A stretch of 64,000 nt of DNA from a virus. Positions 28,881-37,317 of this stretch are shown here, one piece after another; the first letter of the stretch is position 1; each line of letters opens with the position of its first letter. The notes beneath the pieces were generated by a model. It saw only the letters and a list, made by a program, of their open reading frames with translations, did no database searches and was not told where the DNA came from. The translations under genes and the position numbers were made by a program. Location: IMG/VR virus record IMGVR_UViG_3300024996_000004; one strand, 5' to 3'.

Positions 28881-28906
28881 AATGAAAATGTATGCGGAAT
28901 AACAAT

Positions 28907-29176
28907 ATGGCTTTATATACAAAAACACATAACCCTAAAGACATTCCTGAATCAGGCGATTTAAAAATAAAGCGTAAAATTATTTGGTATCCAAAAACAC
29001 TTCGATATTATGAAGATGGAAAAAGTTTATCAAGCTGGATTTATCAAACAAGATGGTTAGGAATCGAAACGATTATATATCGCTATAGTTATGAATCTAT
29101 TTTAACGAAAACAGGACATATTGTTAATGAATGGAAATGGGTTCCGTGGGCATGGGATCGATGGGAAAAAGTTTAA
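28907..29176 (+). CDS. Small Trp-rich hypothetical protein
   Basis: Ends WKWVPWAWDRWEKV. The start could be 28892 or 28907. Confidence 0.55.
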   Translation: MALYTKTHNPKDIPESGDLKIKRKIIWYPKTLRYYEDGKSLSSWIYQTRWLGIETIIYRYSYESILTKTGHIVNEWKWVPWAWDRWEKV

Positions 29177-29181
29177 AATAT

Positions 29182-29271
29182 AGTACGTGACCGAGCATAG
29201 TGAACGGGATCGGCTGATAACCGATTGAGAATATAATCTCATGAATGGTGCGATACCATTACGTACTACCA
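29182..29271 (+). tRNA. tRNA-Ile(GAT) with long (class II-like) variable arm
   Basis: Acceptor AGTACGT/ACGTACT, anticodon arm ATCGG-CTGATAA-CCGAT, 18-nt variable region with TGAGA/TCTCA stem, T-loop TGCGATA, A73, CCA. Confidence 0.82.
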
Positions 29272-29311
29272 CAGATAAATGTGATATTTCAACAAGATTT
29301 GAGAGTAATAT

Positions 29312-30144
29312 ATACATTGGATTTTACAAAATAATTTATTTAATGAAGAAGGTTATCAAGTATTGCTTGATAACCTTCTTCGTTTTAATTTTAAATATTC
29401 TATTCACAAAGTTGTTCCTTTTATTGGTGAATTAATTCCTGAACCCGAGATTGATACTAAAAATGTCATATGTATGGGTTCATACTCTTTGAGGAATGTA
29501 GCAAAAAAATATGAATGAAATCCCGGAGTGTTTAATTTAGAACCACAAACTTTTGAGATTCAAAAACAGCATTGGGGTGAAAATATGCTCAATTATGAGT
29601 CTATAATAGCACCATTCAAGGATGCGATTTTCACTGAAGATCATATGTTTATTCGACCTATTGAAGATTCTAAATCTTTCGCCGGTAAAATCATTTCAAA
29701 AGAAGAATTTGAAGCTTGGCAACATTCTATAGTGAAGCTTAAAGAAGATTATGGTCAAGGACAAAATTTTGGTGATCAATTAATTCAGATTTCATCAATT
29801 AAGAAAATTTATGCTGAATATCGTTTTTGGATTGTAGATCAACAGATAATTTGTGGATCGTTATACAAACGTGGTGATAAAGTTATCTATTCACCAAAAT
29901 AGATAATCATGTATATTCTTTTGTGACGAAAATTCTTAAGACTAAAGACAATTGCAAAAATGTAACATTATCTGTAACTAATAATGGATGGCGACCGCAT
30001 GATGCATTTGTGCTTGATGTATGCGAAACAGATAAAGGTATGCGTGTAGTAGAAATTAATACTTTAAATTCTGCCGGATTTTATGCTTGTGATATAGCAC
30101 AATTAGTTTTGGCATTAGATAATAAATTTAATATAGAAAATTAA
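29312..30144 (+). pseudogene. Disrupted ATP-grasp (R2K-like) protein gene
   Basis: Continuous frame IHWILQNNLFNEEGY...KKYE*NPGVF...FIRPIEDSKSFAG...EYRFWIVD, then a -1 shift near 29896-29899 into FVLDVCE..VVEINTLNSAGFY. Lesions: ATA at the start position, TGA at 29516-29518, and the frameshift. Confidence 0.78.
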
Positions 30145-30198
30145 CTTATTCTTATCAATAATTTTTTTAATTGAAAAAAGAACAAATCAATTAGCAAA

Positions 30199-30228
30199 TT
30201 GACAATCTTTATGAAATTATGTTACAGT
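30199..30228 (+). promoter_or_regulatory. sigma70-type promoter TTGACA...TG-T-TACAGT
   Basis: Upstream of small early ORFs. Confidence 0.55.
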
Positions 30229-30235
30229 ATATAGT

Positions 30236-30403
30236 ATGAAAAGAAAAGATGAATTAATAGAAGAAAAGAATCGAGAGATAGAAAAGTACAGAAATATTCT
30301 AAACAGATATCATGGAAGATGGTGGGATCAAGGAAAACGATATTTAGAAAAATTAACTAAAGAACTTGAAGAGCTTGAAAATGTTAAAGAGTTTGAAAAA
30401 TAA
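30236..30403 (+). CDS. Small coiled-coil hypothetical protein (55 aa, not in the ORF track)
   Basis: MKRKDELIEEKNREIEKYRNILNRYHGRWWDQGKRYLEKLTKELEELENVKEFEK. Confidence 0.5.
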   Translation: MKRKDELIEEKNREIEKYRNILNRYHGRWWDQGKRYLEKLTKELEELENVKEFEK

Positions 30404-30623
30404 AATTATAATTTTTATGTATGAAAAATATGCTCTTATATATGGTAACATAATTAGTTATGGATTCATGGGTGAATGTTCTGGTGAAAAATATTATGAA
30501 TTCATGTATAATTTTTGGCATAAAAAATATTTAAATTTAGGTTACAATGATATAAATTTTAATGTTTGGATTAATGCTGGAGGATATGGTTCAACATACA
30601 AACATTTATTAAAACAAAAATAA
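30366..30623 (+). CDS. Hypothetical protein (start uncertain, possibly ATG 30417)
   Basis: ORF in the early gene run. Confidence 0.4.
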   Translation: MKSLKMLKSLKNKIIIFMYEKYALIYGNIISYGFMGECSGEKYYEFMYNFWHKKYLNLGYNDINFNVWINAGGYGSTYKHLLKQK

Positions 30624-30653
30624 ATTAGAAAAGTTATTAACGGAAATTATTAT

Positions 30654-30863
30654 ATGACACATGATCTTAGAACAATTAAAAGATTGAAAAATGATAATTG
30701 GATTGTAGTACGAATGTCTGATTTAAAAGAAAATGATATTTTTCAAATGTTTGAAAGTAATGGTGAACAGGTGAAGAATACTTGGATAGCCACATCAGAT
30801 GCTTATCCAGATGTCACTCATGAAGGATTATTTGCAATAGATGCAAAGGAATGTTGGACATAA
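30654..30863 (+). CDS. Hypothetical protein
   Basis: 69 aa with GGA RBS. Confidence 0.55.
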   Translation: MTHDLRTIKRLKNDNWIVVRMSDLKENDIFQMFESNGEQVKNTWIATSDAYPDVTHEGLFAIDAKECWT

Positions 30864-30924
30864 TAAATCTTAAGGTTAAAATAATGTTTAACAATAAATA
30901 TTTGATATCATTTATAGAGAATAC

Positions 30925-31371
30925 ATGCACATTTTAACACTGTTAGAATCCAAAAATATTATTGCTGAATATATAAAATATTTACAAAAGCATAACATTC
31001 CTATGGATGGTGGAAATTGTGGCGTCTTTTCTATAGCATTATCAGAAATATTTGGTAAAGGTAAAATAGGAATATTAACCAATCTTGAAACAGAACAAGA
31101 GTTATTAGAAGATGAACCTGACATATATCACATGACATATATTAAAAATAATGTTACATATGATGCCATCGGAATAACAACTTCCCAAAATTTATTAGAT
31201 ATTGCGAACGATCAATATAGAAATTATAATCCAGAATATTTCATATTTAATGTTCCAGAAGAATTGAATGCTGTTGAAACCATTGTAAATAGAAATACTG
31301 ATTATTCATTAAATATAAATGATTATAAAAAATTTTATGATCAATTTAAACATGATAAAAATATATATTAA
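30925..31371 (+). CDS. Hypothetical late protein (GGNCG...H.. papain-like/peptidase-like motif possible)
   Basis: AATAAATA at 30893-30900; MHILTLLES N-terminus; GGNCGVFSIAL, YHMTY and YDAIG. Confidence 0.55.
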   Translation: MHILTLLESKNIIAEYIKYLQKHNIPMDGGNCGVFSIALSEIFGKGKIGILTNLETEQELLEDEPDIYHMTYIKNNVTYDAIGITTSQNLLDIANDQYRNYNPEYFIFNVPEELNAVETIVNRNTDYSLNINDYKKFYDQFKHDKNIY

Positions 31372-31386
31372 TAAATGGTGAACATT

Positions 31387-31635
31387 ATGATGGATTGGAA
31401 TCTTATTAAAAGCTTAAATGAATCATCGAAATCTTTCCATGTTGGAGATAAAGTGGGTTGGAATTCTGAAGCTGGACACGTTCAAGGAACGATTAAAGCT
31501 GTGCATACTAAAGATTTTCTAGTCAATGGCTATACACATCATTGCACGCCGGATGATCCACAATATGAAATTCTTTCAAATAAATCAGATCATGTTGCAT
31601 ATCATAAAGCCTCAGCATTACATCATCTAAAATAA
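31387..31635 (+). CDS. Hva1-type Tudor domain protein (DUF2945-like)
   Basis: FHVGDKVGWNSEAGHVQGTI...PDDPQYEILSNKSDHVAYHKASAL. Confidence 0.8.
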   Translation: MMDWNLIKSLNESSKSFHVGDKVGWNSEAGHVQGTIKAVHTKDFLVNGYTHHCTPDDPQYEILSNKSDHVAYHKASALHHLK

Positions 31636-31715
31636 ATATAATACTTGATAACACAAACAAATCATGATATTCTCGACATTGTAAATCATAATTACATTAT
31701 TGAGAATATTTTATC

Positions 31716-32312
31716 ATGTCTAAAAAATATGCAATGTTAATCAAAGTTGATGGTGCTAATAATAACAACAAATTCTATGAAATAACATGGAACGATGATG
31801 ATTCAGTAACTGCACGATATGGCCGTTGTGGAAATATTGGTGTTACTGAAAATAAAGGTTATGGAGAAGCAGCGTTTGATAAAGTTTTTAAAGCAAAAAC
31901 TAATCCAAGTAAAGGATATAAGAAAGTTGATGTATTGACCAATGAATCAACTGGTGCTCCAACAAATTCATCGAACAAGATAACATCTTCATTAACAGAA
32001 ATTGCGAAACGAGATATTGCTAATAACAATCCTATTATGGATGATTTGTTAGATCGCCTAGCAAAAGTTAATCAACATCAATTATTACAAGCAACTGGTG
32101 ATCAAATCGACATTGTTAATGGTGTTGTTCAAACTGTTTTAGGACCAATTACTTTAAATTCAGTAACCAATGCTCGTACAAAATTAAATAATTTGAAAAA
32201 ATTAATCCAATATGGGACATTGGATGACACATATCTAGATGATTTAAATCAATATCTAACTTATATACCGCAAGTTGTTCCAAGAAATCGTGGATGGCCA
32301 ATACATTTTTGA
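31716..32312 (+). CDS. WGR-domain PARP-like protein, N-terminal part
   Basis: NNNNKFYEI...VTARYGRCG (WGR-like), FDKVFKAKT..KGY, then a helical regulatory-like region ending YLTYIPQ. Confidence 0.75.
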   Translation: MSKKYAMLIKVDGANNNNKFYEITWNDDDSVTARYGRCGNIGVTENKGYGEAAFDKVFKAKTNPSKGYKKVDVLTNESTGAPTNSSNKITSSLTEIAKRDIANNNPIMDDLLDRLAKVNQHQLLQATGDQIDIVNGVVQTVLGPITLNSVTNARTKLNNLKKLIQYGTLDDTYLDDLNQYLTYIPQVVPRNRGWPIHF

Positions 32313-32998
32313 CAAATTATTCTTCTTTTGACAAACAATATGAATTATTAGATCAAATTGAACAATCAATTCATTTACACGAAATGACTCCAAAAACTGT
32401 AGAAACTAATCCTAAAAAAGAAGTTTCTAAAATATTTGGATATAGTCTAGAAAAAATGCACGATAATAAAGAAATAAGCAGAATTGAAAAATATTATCGT
32501 TCCAATATAAACAAATCTCATGCCTGTTCTCATCTTAAGTTGAAAAATGTTTATAAGTTAAGTAATGATACTGCAACTGAAATTTTCGTGAAAAAATCTC
32601 AAAAACTTGGAAATGTTAAAGAATTATGGCATGGGACTCGAATTTGGAATATATTAAGTATTCTTAAGAGTGGTCTAAGAGTACCAACAGCCAGTCAAGT
32701 TATGGTAGGATCAATGTTTTCTAGAGGAATATATTTCTCTGATCAATCATCAAAAGCTATTAACTACGCATGGGGATATTGGGACAACAAAGGGAGAACA
32801 AACAATTGTTTTGCTTTTATAGCTGGCGTAACGATGGGAAAAGAGTATATACCATCAAAACCATTTAATAATGGTATACCATCTGGATATGACTCATGTT
32901 TTGCCATGGCACATCGTAGTGGAGTTCAAAACAATGAAATGGTTGTTTACGATGAATCTCAAGTCAATTTAAAATATTTATGTGAGTTTGACGGATAA
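32294..32998 (+). CDS. PARP-like ADP-ribosyltransferase catalytic part
   Basis: H-Y-E triad: LWHGTR, GSMFSRGIYFSD..SKAINY and NNEMVVY. It lies in the -1 frame relative to the 31716 ORF. Confidence 0.85.
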   Translation: MANTFLTNYSSFDKQYELLDQIEQSIHLHEMTPKTVETNPKKEVSKIFGYSLEKMHDNKEISRIEKYYRSNINKSHACSHLKLKNVYKLSNDTATEIFVKKSQKLGNVKELWHGTRIWNILSILKSGLRVPTASQVMVGSMFSRGIYFSDQSSKAINYAWGYWDNKGRTNNCFAFIAGVTMGKEYIPSKPFNNGIPSGYDSCFAMAHRSGVQNNEMVVYDESQVNLKYLCEFDG

Positions 32999-33065
32999 AA
33001 TATCATTAATCAGATACAAATATTACAATCAATATAATTAATTATTTACTTTAAAGGATAAAAAT

Positions 33066-33494
33066 ATGGAACATGAAACTAGTACGGGCACATTATTTCT
33101 ACCAACCGATACTCGTGACAATTTTATTGTCATTGATGGTATTACTCCATTACAAGCTCTTAATTTTGTAAATGTAGAAACAAAAAGAATTGTTGATTCT
33201 AAAAAAATTAAAAATAATTCTAACAAAGTTGTAGATGATGACCACATGATATTTGTAACAATTGCTAATAATAATGAAGAATTATTTTTACAGTTTTGGT
33301 CATTATCTAAATTAGAATATTCCGACACTCCAAAAATTCGTGGTGATAGAGCAATATATTTTAATGAAACTAGTGGTATAGTTGGTATGGGAACTACCGT
33401 AATTTACAATCGTAATTGGGCTACTATAGGTTTCGATGATCCAAAATTTCATAACATGATTCATGAATTTGTAAACGTAATAAATGAAGGTTGA
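33066..33494 (+). CDS. Hypothetical protein
   Basis: 142 aa with AAGGA RBS. Confidence 0.6.
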   Translation: MEHETSTGTLFLPTDTRDNFIVIDGITPLQALNFVNVETKRIVDSKKIKNNSNKVVDDDHMIFVTIANNNEELFLQFWSLSKLEYSDTPKIRGDRAIYFNETSGIVGMGTTVIYNRNWATIGFDDPKFHNMIHEFVNVINEG

Positions 33495-33500
33495 AAATAT

Positions 33501-33800
33501 ATGATTAATGTATTATTGATAATTATAAGTTTATTTGTATTATGGTATATTATAACTAAATCTCAACATCCGAAAAATTCAGGAGTTGTAAGAACAAAAT
33601 GTATCAAACAACCTGATAAAGATTGTACTTATCAGATTAAATTTACTGACAATAGTATACAATGCTCTGGACATTTCGGATGTTGCAAAGTTATTGATCA
33701 ATTGAAAGCTATCAATAAATTTGGTTGCGAAGCTATCCCTAACAAAAATTATAATGGAATATCAATTACAAAACAATTTCAAGATCAAAGTTTAAAGTAA
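33501..33800 (+). CDS. Small membrane-anchored Cys-rich protein
   Basis: N-terminal hydrophobic helix and six Cys. Confidence 0.5.
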   Translation: MINVLLIIISLFVLWYIITKSQHPKNSGVVRTKCIKQPDKDCTYQIKFTDNSIQCSGHFGCCKVIDQLKAINKFGCEAIPNKNYNGISITKQFQDQSLK

Positions 33801-33852
33801 AAAAATACTATCATGAATAAAGATTCAAGTGGTCCTCAATGGTAAGAGAAAA

Positions 33853-34782
33853 ATGATGCATAGTGACATACTTAATTTAGTTAAAGAATTAACTTTACGC
33901 GATACTAAAACTCTCTCACAAAAAACTTTAAAACTCTCTAGCGAAACTGGTGAATTAGCTTCTAAGGCTTTGGCTTATGATAATATATCTGGTGATCGCT
34001 TTCGTTTTGTATCTAAAGAACATATATTAGATGAAGTTGCTGATGTTATGTTAGTAGCATTATCCATTGCTTATTCATTAGAATACACAGATGAAGATAT
34101 TTCATCTATGATGAAAGATAAATGTATCCATTGGTCTAAATTATCAGAACAGGATGTATCAGATGGTAAATATCCTTTTGAAATACATTTCACCGTATTA
34201 GTAAAATATTTACAAGGCTTTATAGAATCATGTAAGTTGTGGGGCGATATAAAACCAATTGTATTAGATTTATATCATGAAGATGGCACCGATATTCAAG
34301 TAACAACTTCTACAGTTGTCTATGGGTCATTATCCGATGCCATTTCTACAATGACTAAAATTAACAAAAGATTATCTGGTTATGGCTGTCATATTATTAG
34401 AGAAAAAATAGAAACAGTTCCATGGCATCCTGCCATTGATACTGTAGAAGGTAAATATTTTGAATCTCACGCGACAATCATTGTCAATAATGTAGCAGAT
34501 ATTGATGTATTGCGCGTTATGGGAAAAGAAGTCGGGTTACACATTTCAAGAAATGTACTCAAACCCAAAAATGATGATGAATCTATCAAGGTGATGGGAA
34601 CACTACGATCATCAATATTTGATAATATTATTAAACATAATGAAGATTTTATCAAAGCAATGAAACATATCAAAACTAAATTTGAAATATTAAAAACTAT
34701 TACCGAATATGCTATTTTGGATTCTAATGAAGATGTGGACGCTAAATGGTTAGGTAAATCACAGTGTTTAAGTAATGGTTGA
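33853..34782 (+). CDS. MazG-like NTP pyrophosphohydrolase fused to an unknown C-terminal domain
   Basis: KLSSETGEL...ILDEVADV (MazG acidic motif), followed by PFEIHFTV...REKIETVPWHPA...YFESH. Confidence 0.7.
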   Translation: MMHSDILNLVKELTLRDTKTLSQKTLKLSSETGELASKALAYDNISGDRFRFVSKEHILDEVADVMLVALSIAYSLEYTDEDISSMMKDKCIHWSKLSEQDVSDGKYPFEIHFTVLVKYLQGFIESCKLWGDIKPIVLDLYHEDGTDIQVTTSTVVYGSLSDAISTMTKINKRLSGYGCHIIREKIETVPWHPAIDTVEGKYFESHATIIVNNVADIDVLRVMGKEVGLHISRNVLKPKNDDESIKVMGTLRSSIFDNIIKHNEDFIKAMKHIKTKFEILKTITEYAILDSNEDVDAKWLGKSQCLSNG

Positions 34783-35557
34783 TTATAACAAAAAAATTAT
34801 AAATGTATGGTGGTCAAAAACACCATTACCGGGAAATTTTGGTGATATATTAACACCTTATATCATAGAAAAATTAACTGGATTCAAAGCTGTTCATACT
34901 CAACCACAAACATCTTCTGATCATGTTTTATTAGGTATAGGAAGTATTATAGATAAGACAACGCCAAATACTATAGTATGGGGATCAGGATGTATGAGTA
35001 AAGATACATGTGCATCATTACATTCAACTTATTTGGCTGTTAGAGGACCATTGACAAGAGATATAATTAGTAATCGTGGTATAAAATGTCCTGAAATTTA
35101 TGGTGACCCAGCATTACTACTACCTAATTTATACCAACCTATCATAGGTAAGAAGTATAAAATTGGCATATTTACTCATTATGTTGATTATAATAAAGTT
35201 TCACAATGGTATGGAAATGATGATAATATCAAGATTATAAATCCAATTGATAAAAATATAGAAAATGTTGTCAATCAAATGTTACAATGTGAACGTATTA
35301 TAAGTAGCTCGTTGCATGGCATTATAGTCTCCAACGCATACAATATACCGACAATATGGGTAAAATTCTCTGATCTATTATCGGGTGATGACACTAAATT
35401 TTCTGATTATTTTCTATCACAAGGTGTGAAGCAAACGTTTACAAAAATAAATCATAAACTGACATTAGAATCATTGTTAAATTTATCTTATTTTGAAACC
35501 AAAGAGTTTGATAGTGAACCATTACTTAAAGCATTTCCTATTAAAGAACGAATATGA
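34775..35557 (+). CDS. Polysaccharide pyruvyl transferase (ExoV-like)
   Basis: GNFGDILTP, GIGSI, VWGSG, AVRGPLT, GDPALLLP, SSSLHGII and KFSDY motifs. Confidence 0.88.
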   Translation: MVDYNKKIINVWWSKTPLPGNFGDILTPYIIEKLTGFKAVHTQPQTSSDHVLLGIGSIIDKTTPNTIVWGSGCMSKDTCASLHSTYLAVRGPLTRDIISNRGIKCPEIYGDPALLLPNLYQPIIGKKYKIGIFTHYVDYNKVSQWYGNDDNIKIINPIDKNIENVVNQMLQCERIISSSLHGIIVSNAYNIPTIWVKFSDLLSGDDTKFSDYFLSQGVKQTFTKINHKLTLESLLNLSYFETKEFDSEPLLKAFPIKERI

Positions 35558-36291
35558 ATTATTTAAAACCTACAACTTCCGACAAACAAATTTATGATAT
35601 CATCTACGATAAAATAAAAACTAAAACGCCATTTTGTCTTACTCGATTTGGTGATGGTGAAATATATTTTATGAATAGAAATGCTCCTGATTGGTTACAA
35701 ATGAAAGTATGTAAATTGTGGAATTATCATTGGCCGAATGATATGAACAAGATATACTATGAATTGAATTTAATTTTTGATAGTGCTTTGGAAGGTTCAG
35801 ATGTTATAGGATTATTGAATCCTAACAATCCTATATGTAAAACCATAAAATATGATGATAAAAAGTGGTCAATATCAACAGATAAAGTTTCAAAAAACAT
35901 CTTGATATGTGATAATCAAATAGTAAGAAATAAATTATTTGGGAACATTAAAAATTTCAAGAAAATAATTCAAGGAAGATCGGTAAATATCATATCTCCA
36001 AATACAGTAAGATTGCAGGATAATAATCTGGATGAATTGTTAGAAACGGATGTTACTTATTATCATATTGATAATGACAGAAAAAAGATGCTTGAGTCAT
36101 TATTATCAATAAAATCGGATATAGTGTTATATGGTGCGAGTTTATATGGAAAGGATTTAGGTGTAATATTAAAATCATATGGGAAGATAGCCATTGATTT
36201 CGGTGCCACTCTAGATGCTTGGGCTGGGTTAGTAACAAGACCGTGGTTTAATGAAGGACAAGGACAAGAACATTGCTTAATTCGAAGATAA
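35554..36291 (+). CDS. GT-D-fold glycosyltransferase-like protein
   Basis: CLTRFGDGE and IAIDFGATLDAWAG motifs typical of GT-D (DUF1792-like) domains. Confidence 0.7.
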   Translation: MNYLKPTTSDKQIYDIIYDKIKTKTPFCLTRFGDGEIYFMNRNAPDWLQMKVCKLWNYHWPNDMNKIYYELNLIFDSALEGSDVIGLLNPNNPICKTIKYDDKKWSISTDKVSKNILICDNQIVRNKLFGNIKNFKKIIQGRSVNIISPNTVRLQDNNLDELLETDVTYYHIDNDRKKMLESLLSIKSDIVLYGASLYGKDLGVILKSYGKIAIDFGATLDAWAGLVTRPWFNEGQGQEHCLIRR

Positions 36292-36294
36292 ATA
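36287..36294 (+). promoter_or_regulatory. gp55-type late promoter (GATAAATA)
   Basis: 18 nt upstream of the aminotransferase ATG. Confidence 0.5.
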
Positions 36295-36312
36295 TGAAGA
36301 AGAGACTTTCTC

Positions 36313-37317
36313 ATGATTTCATATATTCAAAACAAGCATGTTAATCATAATCGTGTAATAGAATTATTAGATATATCCAAAGCCAAGAATCATTATACTA
36401 ACGCCGGACCAGTTAAAACATTATTAGAAGATAAACTCACAGAACTGATTAATCTTCCTAAAAATAAACGGGTATTATGTGTATCCAACGGCACAACGGC
36501 ACTACACGTCTTAATGTCATATTATGACAAATTATATGATAAAAAATTGAAATGGATAACACCAGCTTTTACTTTTCCAAGTTGTGTAGTTAATCATTCA
36601 AATACTAAAATCGTAGATATAAATCCAGAAACGTATACATTAAATCCTGAAGATGTCGATGATGCTGATGGTATCATTATTACAAATCTTTTTGGAACCG
36701 TAATAGATTTTGATGCAAGTCAATTTAAAGATAAAATTGTTGTATATGACAATGCTTCATCATTTTTATCAAAAACCAAAGAAAATATTAATATATGTTT
36801 ATTGGGGAATGCATCGTTTGGATCATTACATCACACTAAATCATTAGGATTTGGAGAAGGCGGATTCATTGTTATAGATGATTATATGTACGATGACATG
36901 CAAGCGTTGTGTGGTTTTGGATTCAAATTATCTTCTAGAACTCATGATATAGCAGCATCAAATTACAAAATGTCGGATGTAGCAGCAGCCTATATATTGC
37001 AACACATTGAAAATTATGACATCAATAAACATATTATAAATCAAGAATTATATAGAGAATATTTGATTGATCTACCATTATTTAATTATAGTTCAAAAGT
37101 CTTTTATGGAAATATCCCCGTAGTTTTTAAAAATGTCATCGAACCTATGGTATTTCGAGATGTTGGTATAGAAGCCAATAAGTATTATAGACCATTAGTA
37201 GAGCTTCCATATTCTAAACATTTATATGAAAGAATTATAAATTTTCCTTTGCATGAAAATATGACACAGGAAGAAATAATGTATATTTGTAATATGATTC
37301 ATAAACATAATATATGA
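36313..37317 (+). CDS. DegT/DnrJ/EryC1/StrS nucleotide-sugar aminotransferase
   Basis: VSNGTTALH, TPAFTFPS, YDNAS, SLHHTKSLGFGEGG (PLP Lys) and NYKMSD motifs. Confidence 0.9.
   Translation: MISYIQNKHVNHNRVIELLDISKAKNHYTNAGPVKTLLEDKLTELINLPKNKRVLCVSNGTTALHVLMSYYDKLYDKKLKWITPAFTFPSCVVNHSNTKIVDINPETYTLNPEDVDDADGIIITNLFGTVIDFDASQFKDKIVVYDNASSFLSKTKENINICLLGNASFGSLHHTKSLGFGEGGFIVIDDYMYDDMQALCGFGFKLSSRTHDIAASNYKMSDVAAAYILQHIENYDINKHIINQELYREYLIDLPLFNYSSKVFYGNIPVVFKNVIEPMVFRDVGIEANKYYRPLVELPYSKHLYERIINFPLHENMTQEEIMYICNMIHKHNI

Noticed and set aside
28892-29176. Trp-rich ORF as a second attenuator leader (for tRNA-Ile or tRNA-Trp)
   Set aside because: It is too long (about 90 aa), no terminator/antiterminator pair lies between it and tRNA-Ile, and the Trp codons do not match the downstream tRNA.
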